From: Antechinus flavipes
Taxonomy: Eukaryota
Reading direction: 5' to 3'
Assembly (NCBI RefSeq): GCF_016432865.1
Contig: NC_067399.1
Span: 607,972,001 to 608,036,000 of the forward strand
Length of the DNA: 64,000 bases
In this document: piece by piece, positions 46,873 to 60,139 of the stretch
How positions within the stretch are numbered: the stretch's first letter is position 1
Layout of the letters: every line of letters starts with the position of its first letter
Program-made: the position numbers and the translations under genes
The notes under the pieces: generated by a model
What the model saw: the letters and a program-made list of their open reading frames with translations, nothing else
The model's database searches: none
Told to the model about the DNA's origin: nothing

Positions 46873-48645
46873 TGAGCAAAAGTACTATCAATCTATCCCA
46901 GTTTTATATCATCTGAATATCTGAGAAGGATCCTATTTTTGCTTTTATCCAAGTCATCAAAAATATGGTTAAACAGACAAATTTATAAGACATTTCATTG
47001 TATGTTTTCCAAATAAACTAACTATATTCCTGTGGTATTTAATTTGGTAGATATAAACTGGCAGTAATATCCCTTCCTCTACCTTTTCAGTTGTAAGCAT
47101 TTTTAATTAGATTTGTAAGACAACAGATTAAAGCATTCTTATAAATTTTGTTAGGTTCACTTATTATCTGGCCAGGGTTCTGAAATAAATCTAGATGGAG
47201 AGATCTACAGATACTTATCAAGATTTATTTATCTATCCCTATATACAGATTAAACAAATCTAGATAAGATCTTTTTGTGCATATAAATGGATTTATCCAG
47301 ATCTACAAATCTAAATATAGATAGATTTAGACATAAAATTAGCTCTACATATAAACAGATCTATTTAGCTAAATCTAAATTATATGTACAGCTACATATA
47401 TAATTAGACAGATCTATTTATCTGTCTATATGGATAGATTTAATATAGATTTAGAGCAGTAAATATAGATCTAAATATATCTATGGCTATTTTCTATATC
47501 TATACACAGATAATATGTAGATCTAGATTTCTTATATACACATATGCATATACACGTTTATTTATTTGTTCATTCATTTGCTATTTTTCCCAGAGAGCCT
47601 AATTAATAGTAGGCCTCTCAAGGTGATGTGTAGATTTCTTGTCTCTCTTTTTTTTTAACTAATAACAATTTTTTAGGTCTGTTCATCTAACAAATTCTTA
47701 ATCTTAGCTTTATTTCTGTCTAGTCCAATAGCACTCTATCTTGTTCATAAGAATAACGTGAGACAAAAATATTTTGCTGAAATTCAAGTATACTACATCT
47801 GCATAACATTCCACTGGGACTCTCAGTCTAGTAACTAAAAAAAAAAAAAAAAAAAAAAAAAAGCTAAAATAGTCTGGCAAATATATTCTTAATGACGCCA
47901 TGCTAGGTCTTAATAATCTTTGCTTTCCTTTGTAAATCATAAGCGAATCCTTTAATAAATAGTATATTTTAGATGTTTATAATGAATTAAAAATAAATTC
48001 ACTAGCCTGTAGGTTATAATCTCTCTCTTCTTCCCTTTTTAAAAATTGGCAAATTTTTCTTTTCCAGGCTTATGAAACTTCTCCCCATTTTCAAGAAGTT
48101 TCAGAGATCATTTACAGTGACTCGACAATCATATCTACTTCTTTCAGTACCCTGGAATATAGTTTGTTCAGGGCCAGGTGACTTGATCTCCTGGCTAAGT
48201 TAGACGTTTTCTTACCAGCTTTTTACTTAACTGGTTTTCAACTTACTCATAATCACTTTTGTGCTATCTTTGCTCATCTGATATAGATTCTCCTAAGGGG
48301 AAAAAAGAAGAAATAAAATATAAGTAGTTTTGCCTTTTTATTGTCATATGTCATAATTATCCCATACACTCCAAACTGTAATCCTATCTTTTCTTTGATG
48401 TTTTGTTTACTCCTTCCTTAACACATTTTTAAAATACTTTTTTTCATTATCTTTAGAATTCATTGTCAGTCACAGCTCATTTTCTGACCTAATGTTCTTG
48501 GTGATATTATGGAATTGTGACCCTTTTAAAATATTAACTGTTAGTTGCCTCTCCCTTGCTTCTATCTTCTATAAACGTCTTTTTAAAAAGTCATAGTTTT
48601 TCAGTGAGCTTCCTATGCATCCACATTAATCTCTTTAGTTAGTGC

Positions 48646-48786
48646 TTTTTTGTTTTCTTCCTGAGGCAACTGGGATTTTGACTTACCCAGGGTCATACAG
48701 CTAGGAGGTACTAAGTGTCTGAGATCAAATTTGAAGTCAGGACCTCCTAACCTCAGGATCTATCCACTGTGCCATCTAGCTGCCCC
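48646..48786 (-). mobile_element. WSINE1 inserted in L3
   Basis: CTGAGGCAACTGGG...CCATCTAGCTGCCCC. Confidence 0.75.
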
Positions 48787-50217
48787 TGGATACTTTTTAT
48801 ATTGATTGAAATCTTTTATTTATGTCATGAAAATTTTATTTTTGAGAATATTTCATCTATATTTTGTCACCTTTCCTAATAGATACTTAATCTGTAGAAT
48901 ACTATTTATTCTTTTTCTGAACTTTTTTGAAATCTGCTCTCTCAAAATCTAGTACATGGTTCTAACTAAGCCTGATGTTTCCCTATTCTCTCCCTCTTTG
49001 GTCCAGAACTGTGATTTCACTGACATAGAAGACAGTTAACCAAATAAGAAAAGCATTTTACTGCTCCATATAAGCAATTAATCTTTTATCTTGTTGTTTT
49101 AGCTCCTTGGGGAAATCTGGAAGATGCTGAGAAGTTAATAGCTTCTTCATGATCGCTCTCATATTTAGGTTTTTTTGGGGTTTTGGGGGGTTTTTTGTTA
49201 GAAGCAGATCTTTCTGCCTTCAAGTCCCATACTGGACTTGTGGTGTAGTAGTCACTATTCCAAACAGCTTGGTACTCTATTTCTTCTTCATCTACATGCT
49301 GTCACTTCCTACCAAAGTTCCATTCAATCATTTCACAACTAGTTCCTCTTTAGTAATAAAAATCAAGCCTAATCAGCAATTGTTGGTATTTCCTTCAACT
49401 TTTGAAGACTGAATTTAGCTGCAAGATCAGTCAAGAATGTATCAATCTTTCTGTTGTTTTTTTTTTTATAGAAAGAGTAATACCAGATGTCCAGATAGTT
49501 GAAATTACTATATGCCTGACAATATAATTCAAATAAATTTAGTTGATTTTAATTTAGCCTATGGGGAAATGCCTGCTATGTGTAAGGTTCTGTGATGTCC
49601 CTGGCTTAATGCAATCAACACATACGATCTTCAAATAGGAGCATTTGGAGGACTTCACCATCTGCAGGAAATCCCTCCTTTATGTGCACTGTCTTCTAAA
49701 TATTCCCTATGACAAGTGACAAATGCTTTTGATGAGTATACATCTTGGTGTTTTATGCCTTAATGATCATAAAGTTATGGAACAAAATTATTTTTGTTAT
49801 TTTATCTTTGAGCAATCTTTTATTATTTTTACATATAAATGAGAAATACCTTTTTTGGAGGAGAACTTTTAGTGCAAGATTTTGCTCTATAAATAATTTA
49901 TTAAAAAACAATCAATAATAAGCATAGTGGGATTGAGTATTCTCTATATCTTTCCATCAGCTGTGTGACTCTGTTAAAGAATAATGTGTAGAAAATTCAG
50001 AATATTCCCTCTTCATACCTTTAATAATAATATCCTTGATGCACTATGAGCTATTTTTATAAAGATTGTAAATACAGAAAAGTAGCAATATTTGAGGAAA
50101 GAAAGATCAGATGAGGTTAGGGGCAGGAATCAAGGAAACTAAACCAAGAAGATGGGATCTACGGTGAGTCTTAATGAAAAATAGGAAACAAAAAGGTGGA
50201 GATGTGAACATAAGCCC

Positions 50218-50538
50218 CTTGTTTTTTAAAAGCTTTTAATTTTCAAAACATATGCATAGATAATTTTCAACATCACCCTTGCAAAACCTTGAGTTTCAAT
50301 TTTTTTTCTCTCTCCTTTGCCCCCACTCCCTCCCCTAGATGGGTAAGTAATCCAATATATGTTCAACATGTGCAATTCTTTTATACATAATCCCATAATT
50401 ATACTGCAAAAGAAAAATTAGATCAAAAAGAAAACAAATGAAAAATAAAACCCAAAAAGCAAACAAACAACAACAAAAATGTGAAAATACTATGTTATGA
50501 TCCACACTCAGTCCCCACAGTCTTCTTTTTGGGGGGTT
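50218..50538 (-). mobile_element. L1 3' UTR fragment
   Basis: Flanked by CATAAGCCC at 50209-50217 and 50539-50547. Confidence 0.75.
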
Positions 50539-52717
50539 CATAAGCCCTCTATTTTTTATGTTTTGTTTTTATGTCTTTGGTACCTTGCCATTTAATTTAA
50601 CAAACCTTTGTTAAATTTCTATTGTGTGATAGAATATTTTGTCCTCAAGGGGTTTTCAATCTGTTGGATGTCTATAAATCCTAACTTTAATACAAAGTGG
50701 ATCACTATGAAATTGTAGAAGTCCAGATAGAATGCTCTTCAAAGTCTCAGGAAGGAGGGATTACTTCTGACTGAAAGAATGATAGAAGGCTTCACTGAAC
50801 AGGTGGAATTTAAAATGAGCTTTGAAGGATAGATAGATAGAATTTCAACAGGCAGAAGGCAAGAGGAGAGGATTGTTAGTGAAGGAAATGGCATTAACAG
50901 ATCACCTAATCTAAGTCACACATTTGACAGATAAAGAAACTGAGCTTTAGTTCTTTAGTTAGAGATTAAGTATACCATATGAAATGTAATGGGGGTAACA
51001 AGCACCCCCCTCCATCTGCTCTGGCTAAAGCATACCCTATTAAAGCATGAATGGAGCTGAACTGAACTCATCTGATTATAGTACTCTGACTTACCTCCAT
51101 TCTAGAAAGATACAAGATCTTGTTATATGGCTAGACTAACTCATCTTCTCACCCTTTTGGCCTGAATTTTCTCATCTGTTAAATAAGAATTTTGGACTAA
51201 AGACTAATATGACATGAATGGGCAGAGACTTTTTTAGGGGCATATGGATATATAACTCCCAGCAGAGGAAGACAGCACCTCCTACATGAGGTTTAACAAG
51301 TGCAGAGTGCACAGTTTGATAGAACAAAATTGATGGAACAGCACCATCAAATTTAGTGTCTTGATCTGCTTATGAAGCTTTAGGTATAGATCCCCTTTAA
51401 AATTATAAGAGGGTTAAATTGAAAATCCTTCTTATTTACATGTCCTGAGGATATTTGGTTAGCCAGAATACTTGGAGAATTAAGAGTTCTGATCCCCAAG
51501 TGATCCAGCTAACTGAGGGTTAAAACCCATTTTTACTTTAGTGTGGTTGTGAAAACACAACAAAGATCTTTGGTAGCAGTGACAGAATGGCCCTCAAGAT
51601 GGCGGTATCTCTCCATTTAATTTAGTCTTTCCAGATAATGAGATTCCCAAAATGAGATCTCAAATCTCTTTATGGAACAGGGAGTTACGTTTTTCCCAAT
51701 TAATAAAGGTAGCATTTTTCATAAATTCTTATGCCTACTACCCAAAACCCAAGATTCATAACATGTTATAAATTCTAATAACATTTATTTATTGTTTCAA
51801 AGAGATGGGAAAAATCTTTTTTAAAGAGCAGGATCAGTAATTATCTCACAGGACTGACTTTAGACTGATCAGTTTAAACAAGTAAAGATTTCTCTCATAC
51901 ATTTGGTTCAGTTGACTTTGAATTCATTGATATTTTTGGTTAGTATTTTTCTGAATTTTGAGTAAAGAGTTAAAAAGGACAGAGAAGGGATATATTGAAG
52001 ATAAGCATTCAGAGAACTGGATGGGAGTTAGAAGACTGACCACAAGATATTCTACCATGTCAACTCTTAGGAAATGCTTGTTGTTGATAAATATGACACT
52101 GAATAATAATGAAAAATAATGAAACTGCCAGAGAAGTATTTCATTACTTTTCATTTTTATCCTATTATAATATAAGAAGACTGGATCAGATAATCTGTAA
52201 AACTTGAGTTAATTGTTAAGTAATGTAAAGAACCACCAGAGGAGCACTTTGCCACCTTTTCTCTCTTTTTTGAACCTTTCTCCATCCAGGACAACCCGTA
52301 ATCCATCTGGATTATGTGACTGCTCATAGAGCTTGGGTGAGACAGGAATCACCAACTCTTACTTATTCAAATGAAATGGAGGACTACCAGGATGTAGCAT
52401 CTACTGCTACTGTCACTTGAATATGGCCTGGGCATCTCTATCTGCTAAATTCTGGGCATTTGAGGCTTTCTGGGTTTCTGATCTTTATGTGTTGCCTCCC
52501 CCATAGTGAGTTTCTTGAGAGCTTTTTCAATGTGTATCCCAAAGCTTAGCACATACTAAGTGCTCAATAAATGTTTTTTTCATTCATTCATAAATCATTT
52601 AACAGGGAACGTGCTGACCTGCATTGGTAAAAAGGAGTTTTCCTGCTTGGGAGTAACACTAATTAAATCACAGGTGAAGTCTCGAGCTTCTGTATATGTC
52701 TCCTCTGATAGAATATC

Positions 52718-53089
52718 NNNNNNNNNNNNNNNNNNNNNNNNNNNNNNNNNNNNNNNNNNNNNNNNNNNNNNNNNNNNNNNNNNNNNNNNNNNNNNNNNNN
52801 NNNNNNNNNNNNNNNNNNNNNNNNNNNNNNNNNNNNNNNNNNNNNNNNNNNNNNNNNNNNNNNNNNNNNNNNNNNNNNNNNNNNNNNNNNNNNNNNNNNN
52901 NNNNNNNNNNNNNNNNNNNNNNNNNNNNNNNNNNNNNNNNNNNNNNNNNNNNNNNNNNNNNNNNNNNNNNNNNNNNNNNNNNNNNNNNNNNNNNNNNNNN
53001 NNNNNNNNNNNNNNNNNNNNNNNNNNNNNNNNNNNNNNNNNNNNNNNNNNNNNNNNNNNNNNNNNNNNNNNNNNNNNNNNNNNNNNNNN
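52718..53089. other. Assembly gap
   Basis: N run. Confidence 0.99.
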
Positions 53090-53342
53090 CTAGCCCAGTT
53101 CCTGGCACATGGTAGGTCCTCAAGAAATACTTGTTGATTGATTGATTCAAAGTGACTTAATGATGATAATAGTTGAGGTAAAGCTTAAAAGTTTGCAAAA
53201 ATGTTTTATACTTATTTTCATTTAATAAACATGAGCAAACTAGATACAAAACTAAAAAGAAAAAAATCATTATTCTCAAAGAACTTACATTCTTTTCAAG
53301 GAAAATAGTGTTTACAAATAAAAATAAAATATACCCTTTCTG

Positions 53343-53344
<2 letters not shown>

Positions 53345-53388
<44 letters not shown>
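53345..53388. repeat. (TA)n microsatellite
   Basis: Direct reading. Confidence 0.98.
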
Positions 53389-53390
<2 letters not shown>

Positions 53391-53612
53391 GTGCAAACAT
53401 GGTATATCTATATCTATATCAATATATCTATCAAGCTACATATAGTATTTTCTAGGAGTGAGATCAGTAATATTTGAGGGAATGAGGGAGTAGATCAGAA
53501 TTGACTAGGAATTGAGCTGTGTTTCTAAGGAATCTAGTGGTTCTATGGAGCAGAGAGGAGTTGGGAAAACATTGTAGTGGAGAAAGCAGATTGTATAAAA
53601 GAATAGAAATGG

Positions 53613-54391
53613 AAGGCAATAACCCTCATTTTGTTGTGCTTCACAGATATTGCTTGTAGGTTTTTTTGTTTGTTTTTACAAATTGAAGGTTTGTGGCAAT
53701 CTTGGATCAAATTCGTCTACTGGCACCATATTTCCAACAACATGTGCTCACATCATATTTCTGTCACATTTTGGTAATTCTTGCAATATTTCGAATTTTT
53801 TCATTATTATTGTATCTGTTGTGGTGAACTGTGATCTTTGATGATATTGTTGTAATTGTTTTGGGGGTGTTACTTAGGAGATGGAGAACTTAAAAGAATA
53901 AATGTTGTGTATATTCTGACTGCTCCACTAACTAGCAATCTTTCTTCCTCTCCTCTGACTATGAGACACAATATTGAAATTAGGGCAATTAATAATTCTC
54001 CAATGGCCTCCAAATGTTGAAGTGAAAGGAAGATTCAATCAATGTTGAAAACTTCATTGCTGTTTTATTTTAAGATATTGCCAAAACCACTTCAACCTTC
54101 AGTAACTACCACTCTGATCAGTCAGTAGCCAACCACATCGAAGCAAAAACTTCCCTCAGCAAGATTATGTCTCACTGAAGGCTCAGATAATGGTTAGTAT
54201 ATTTTTAATTAAAGTAAGTACAAGTTTTTTTTTAAGATATAACACTATTGAATATTTAATAAAATACAGTATAGCATAAACATAATTTTATATGCATTGG
54301 GAAAACCAAAATTCATGCTACTCCCTTTATTGTGATCACTTTATTGTAAAGGGTCTGGAACCAAATTTGCAATATAACTGAGATATGCCTA
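53613..54391 (+). mobile_element. Tigger1 internal-deletion derivative (Tigger1a-like, Tc1/mariner pogo group)
   Basis: Left arm TTTTACAAATTGAAGGTTTGTGGCAA...CAATGGCCTCCAAATGTTGAAGTGAAAGGAAGA joins right arm CAATGTTGAAAACTTCATTG...GAGATATGCCT at about 54035; TA follows the right end. Confidence 0.85.
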
Positions 54392-55223
54392 TACAAGGAA
54401 TAGCGGGAAGAACTAGTAGACTATATTATATAGTAAAGGTGGGGGGAGAAGAGAAAAGAGCATGTTGAACATTAGATGAGAGTCAAATTTTGAAAGATTT
54501 TAAATGCTAAACAGAATAGTTTGTATTTTGTCTCAGTGGGGCACTGGAAGCCTTTAGAATGTCTTGAACAGAGAAGTGACATCATCAAAATTGTGTTTGA
54601 AGAATGTCTTGGTGGCTGTTTGGACAAAAAAAAATTAAAAGAGAGAGACTTGAGACAAGAAGATCAGCAAAGAGGCTACTGCAATAGTCCAAGAGATGAT
54701 GAGGTCTTGGATGATGACCATGTTAGTGGAAGGGATGGTATGGATGCCAAAATATTGACGTGGAGATGGAATCAACAAGATTTGGCAACTGCAGCGTGAA
54801 GGAGACAAGAACACAGCAAGATGGCACCCTAAACAGAAATAGGAAGAGAGGAAAGTTTGTCTCCCTGTATTTTCATAACAGTCTTGTGAATTCCATATCA
54901 CAGAGGGCATTCGCCCTCCTTAAACATCATTTTCCTCTTTGATGATCTATACAATTCTTTCTATGACTAAAAATAATCTTTTTTTCTATTGTTTTCAACC
55001 TAAGCTGACAAGGTATACATGAAGACATGGCATAGCTTTAAGAAAAAGCAAATTTTAAATTTTTTTTCATATAGTACGTTAATTCTTAATATTTTGGCCA
55101 ATTTGCCCATAACTGCACAAACACACATATCATCTAATTCATTTATGCCCATTCTGGTGTATTAGAGTTTTTTGATGACACTTTTTTTAATTAAAGCTTT
55201 TTATTTTTCAAAGCACATGCATG

Positions 55224-55455
55224 AACAAGAGAACTGTTCAATTCTGCAAACATATACTGTATCTAGGATATACTGCAACATATCTAACATATATAGGACT
55301 GCTTGCCATCTAGGGGAGAGGGTGGAGGGAGGGAGGGGAAAAATCGGAACAGAAACGAGTGCAAGGGATAATGCTGTAAAAAAAATTACCCTGGCATGGA
55401 TTCTGTCAATATAAAGTTATTATTAAATAAAATAAAATAAAATATTAAAAAAAAA
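55224..55455 (+). mobile_element. Young L1 3' tail nested in an older antisense L1 3' end (about 55180-55620)
   Basis: TSD CACATGCATG at 55214-55223 and 55456-55465. Confidence 0.85.
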
Positions 55456-56917
55456 CACATGCATGGACAATTCTTCAACATTAATCGTTGCAAAATCTTG
55501 TGTTCCAATTTTTCCCTCCTTTTCCCACTTCCTCCCCTAGATGGCAAGTAGTCCAATATATGTTAAACATGGTAGAAATATATGTTAAATCCAATATATG
55601 CACACATATTTACACATTTATTTGACGATGCTTTAAAAGTGTAGTTTAACCAATTTTTGCAAGTGGTTTCAAAAACTCTATAAAGTCATAGGTCCAGTAT
55701 CTTTCTTAATGTGGTTTCTCAAGCAGTATACATTGACACAATATTAACCTCAAAATCTATAATGAATTTTAAATCTTTTCTTAAGCCACACTGCTAAAAC
55801 CAGGTTTTTTTGTTTTTTGTTTTTTTTGTTTTTTTTTTTAAATTTGCTTATGGAGACTGCCTTTGCACTTGTATACAGATGCCCATGGCCACCTAGATGA
55901 TTCTGGTTAGCTGAAATTCTCTTCAGCAGACAACATAAACTCTTCAGTATACAACAGAATTTTTCACTTATTCCAAGTGTTTCCATATCGATTACTTCTC
56001 CCTTCTCTTTTTTTGATCCTATAGACCCCATCTTATCCTTAAGAAAACTGAACTTTATTTGGTGAAGTGATTTGGCTAGGGTCACATAGTTAATAAATGA
56101 CTGTGGGAAGTGTTAAACCCAGATTTCATTTGATTCCAAGGCCATAATACCATGGTGCCTCAGAGTGAAGTTTCCTTCTTCTATATGAAGGGATAAAGTG
56201 AGAATTCTATCAATTTCAGGACTTCTAGATGTTAGTTGCCTCTGCCTTCAATTTAGATGGACTCATAAAATTTTACTTATTGAGGGTTCTTATTTATCAG
56301 AACTCTAGATAAGCAAGATTTTTATTCTATATTTACTTTATATTAGATCATTAGCAGAATAATTTTACCTTCTATCAGGGAAAAAAAAAACTTAAGAGCC
56401 ACTTTCAAATTCTTATGTTTAATGGCAATTTTTCAGGTATTTCCTATTAGCTAGAAATTACATAAGTAGTAGCAGTAAAGGAAGCGGTTTAATTAGAATT
56501 CAAACTCAAAAAAAAAAAATCAGTGTAATTGTATCTAAAACCTCTTCAGATATTGCCTCCTTAAAAGGCATTTTATGATACTAATTTTGTGATACATTTG
56601 TGATACAAATGTTGCTATTTTGGTTTGCTTGAACATGGCTTCTGTTCATTAGGGGGGGAAATCTAATGGAAGTGTCTGGAATGTATAAAATTTGCTGGCA
56701 GTTATCATTCCTTTGAAATCAATGAAAGGATAAGACAAATTTAATATCTCTCTTCCATTTCCCTATGCCTGTAGTCAACAAGGATTTCTATATGATTTTT
56801 CTATTTCTTTTAAGTTATTTGTAATTTGTAATTTTTGATTTTCTTAACATGAAACTATGATTAATCTTAACTTTTCTCTGATTCATTTCTGCATATTAAT
56901 TATGTATGGGGGAATTC

Positions 56918-57480
56918 TGTTAGAATTCTTACAAGGTGCTAAGAGAGTGGAATTGATAGAGACAATAATTATCTAATTTAGCATGGTTCAGTATGATTGA
57001 TCTGATCCTACAAGGAGATGTTATGGGCCAGAACTTGAAACAAGGTACTAAGTGGAATTGAGGAGACAATGGTTAAATCTAGTTTAGCATGGATTTAATC
57101 CTACAACAAATAATGGTTTCCTAGTGATATAATGATTGGTGTATACTCAGCATATAAGCAAGAAGCTCTCAGGGCCAGACACAGAAGCCCACAAGCCCAC
57201 TCTTGGAGGCAGAGTCAGATTCATTCCAACTTCCACCTTTGTGCTGGCTAGGGAGCAGAGGCAAAGGACTAGCAGCAAGAGCTCTCAGAACCAAGGAGAG
57301 AGAGAGGCTTCTAAGAAAACTAACCCGGCTATTTGGAAGGAGACAATAAAGGATTTGGACTTTAACAACTGACTGCATTTGAGGTGATTATTACACTGAA
57401 CTGAAACTAAGGCTGCCTCCAGAAGCCCCCAAGAAACCTGCTCTCAGAGAACAATATATTTTAGAGGAAAGAACATTACA
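56918..57480 (+). mobile_element. Solo ERV LTR (563 bp), probably class II
   Basis: TGT...ACA termini; 6-bp TSD GAATTC at 56912-56917 and 57481-57486; TATA-like CATATAAG near 57150; AATAAA near 57345. Confidence 0.85.
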
Positions 57481-60139
57481 GAATTCAATGGTGGAGGATA
57501 CTGAATAGTTTGGTGAGAACCTCAGTCCAAATGCTGGGATATGTATATATTGCACACACATAATAGAGAGTGAGAGAGAGAAAATTCTGTAGTTTGGGCT
57601 TTTATTATTAATTCTTATAAGTTCTCAAATAGCAGAGATAGGCAAACCATGTGACTTGAATCCATTTACATCTAGGCTATTGAGTCAGGATTCAGGAGGT
57701 ATTTCAATGAAACTTCTGCCTTTTAGTGTGAAAGACTGAGTAGAGGTGTGAACCACAAGAATATCATATCCTCTGATCTGACTGGTGTGAATGGGAAAGT
57801 ATAGTCTGGGAAGAGTGACTATGCTTAGGGGCAAATCCTTAAAATACCAAAGTATGGAAGCTATTCTCTTATCTATACAATTAAACTTGCCAAATAGAAT
57901 CACCTGATAGTTACACTTGCCAATCACAGACTACACAATTTCAAAGGAAAAGTCATTTAATTCAATATCCTGGAAAAAATAAATGACAAGGAAAATTTCT
58001 CCCAGTGGAACAACAACAAAAAAAAACTCTCTCAAAAGTTACCAAAACACTAATAGGAAGGAGAGCATGTATAGATATAAACATGATTAGGGAAAACCAA
58101 CGGTGAAGATACATGGAAAGGGAATACCTTTGACCAGGTCAATATATTTGGAAGTGAGCATATACATAGAGAAAACTTATAACTAAGGAATATAAGTCAC
58201 TAAGGCAACACATGATGATAGAGAGTGGTACACTTGGAATTATTCTCTGTATCCAATGGTACTGCTTTAGAACCATTAATAGCATTCCCTATCCTAGTGA
58301 TGTCATTAGACTATAAGCTGCTTTCTTTGCTGTGGTATACTGTCCTCTGCTAGTATACTGTCCATTTGATGGTCATCTACTAGATTCTAGGATAAGCTAC
58401 TTTGTTGATGGCATCTTTTGGTCCTGGGTCATATTTCCAGAGGTCCTTTCAGTTCTTTTGTGACTCAAACACCCATATGGCCAGATAAATCTTTAGTCAT
58501 TAAAAGGGTCTTTTTAACTACTATTTTATTACTTCAGCTGTCACTCTTCGGATTTTAGTCTTTTCTTTATGTTAGATTGGGAAAACATTTTAGTGTCTTT
58601 CAGCTACTATCCCACCCCTGGCCACTCCCTGCAAATTACCATTTAGGAGCTTTGTTTATCAAGTCTTAGAGAAACAGAATAGAGTTAGCAATTTTTTCCT
58701 GATTTTCTGCCAGCACTAAATTCACTGCCCTTTTCCCTCCCCATACCTCCAGAATATCTAAAATTGAATGTCATCTGGTGTCAGTGGACAAAGAGAGAAA
58801 AATGGCAATCTACATTTTCTATGTAGGCTTAAAGAGCTCAGCGGGCACAATATTTAGGTTAAGTAAGAAACATTTCTACTCAGTAAAGATTGTTACAATT
58901 GCCCTGGTTTTTTGTTAGCTTTTGACTTAAATTTCTTGATTACTGTCTCCTTCTAGCTTACTCCCCTACTGGGCTCTGGTTGTCTAGTTGCCTTAATACC
59001 AAGCTCAGCTTCTTTTCTGTCACCTTCCTTACCCTGACTTTTCTTCCTGGTCCTTTTGGAATTCATCACCAGGTAGGTAACCTGTTCTTCTGCTACAATC
59101 AGACATTTGTTTGAATTCTTGCTGTCTCATACTCTTAATAGTTAATAAGACTTCTTAAATCAATTCCGAATTGCTGAAGTTCTGCCTTGTAACATGTCCA
59201 AAATTTCATTGTATTTAGGATAAAGCCTTTTTCTTTCCTTAGGGCAGTCATCATTTAATATCAGTTAATTGATGGAATAAGGAGCAGTCCACAAAGAAAG
59301 TCATACAATAAATTTGTTCTCTGGGAGTTCCTGTGGATCATTGGCTTCCTGTTCTTGGGTTACATTCATCAAACTTAACCACAGAAACTGGTAAGTTAGG
59401 CACTGGAAACTGTTGAGGGAGGAGGGGAAGAGAAACAAAACAATTCACTCCCTCAGAGTCTGGGCTGGGAAGAAAAGCTTGAGAATTCTGTGGCTGCCTT
59501 AACTTTTTGGTGCTTGAGTCCCAACAGGCTCATTGCACCTGTCCTGACCACAGCTGCCAAGTTCCCAGCCTCAGCCCCATGTTATGCAGCTCCACCTGTC
59601 TTGGTTGGTGGGGCTAATGAACCATGGCTCCTTTAAGGCATCTGATGGGTGGGGTGGCTGCGCCCTTATGCCTCATCAAAAGATCCCATGAGCCACTGAT
59701 AGATTTCTGCCAACAGTGACCCAACTTTATAGTGAATTCTGATTGAGCATCTCTGTATTCTTAGCCCAATTCACTCTCGGTCCCAATTTTTATGGTCTGC
59801 TGTAACTCAATTGGCTTCTTTTGGGATTATGCCATAGCTGACTTGGCTTGAGTTCTGCTGAGACCCTCATATTTACTTGAACTTGATGTTGCTATTTCCT
59901 CCCTTCCTCCTTATACTTCCCAAGAAAAATAACAGCTCATAAAGTAGACTCCATTTCAGTTTGGGCACTCAACAGCCATTGTTTTATATTAATCCTTTGT
60001 AACATCTCAACATTAGTTGTTTCCTCCAGGTACCCTATGATCCAATCAGGACTTTTTGGTTCTTTCTTGCATGAAATACTTTATCCTTTTCTGCTGAATG
60101 GATATCCATCCCCCATGGCTGAATTATTCTCTTTCTGTC

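Larger units (their letters stand above)
45795..49560 (-). mobile_element. Long degraded L3/CR1 LINE with younger insertions
   Basis: L3 3' end AGAATCACAGAATTTCCAAGTTGGAATGGACC at 45795; RT remnant VECYADVVYLNFSKIFLSHVILMNKIE (CR1 motif VD.VYLDFSKAFD) at 47720-47830; endonuclease-like remnant near 49200-49300. Confidence 0.75.

Noticed and set aside
47710-47940. ORF with a reverse-transcriptase-like motif
   Set aside because: A degenerate remnant of the ancient L3/CR1 element, not a functional RT or retron-like system.
52560-53150. ORFs containing X runs (also 21024-21628 and 41708-42289)
   Set aside because: They are long only because they read through N gaps.
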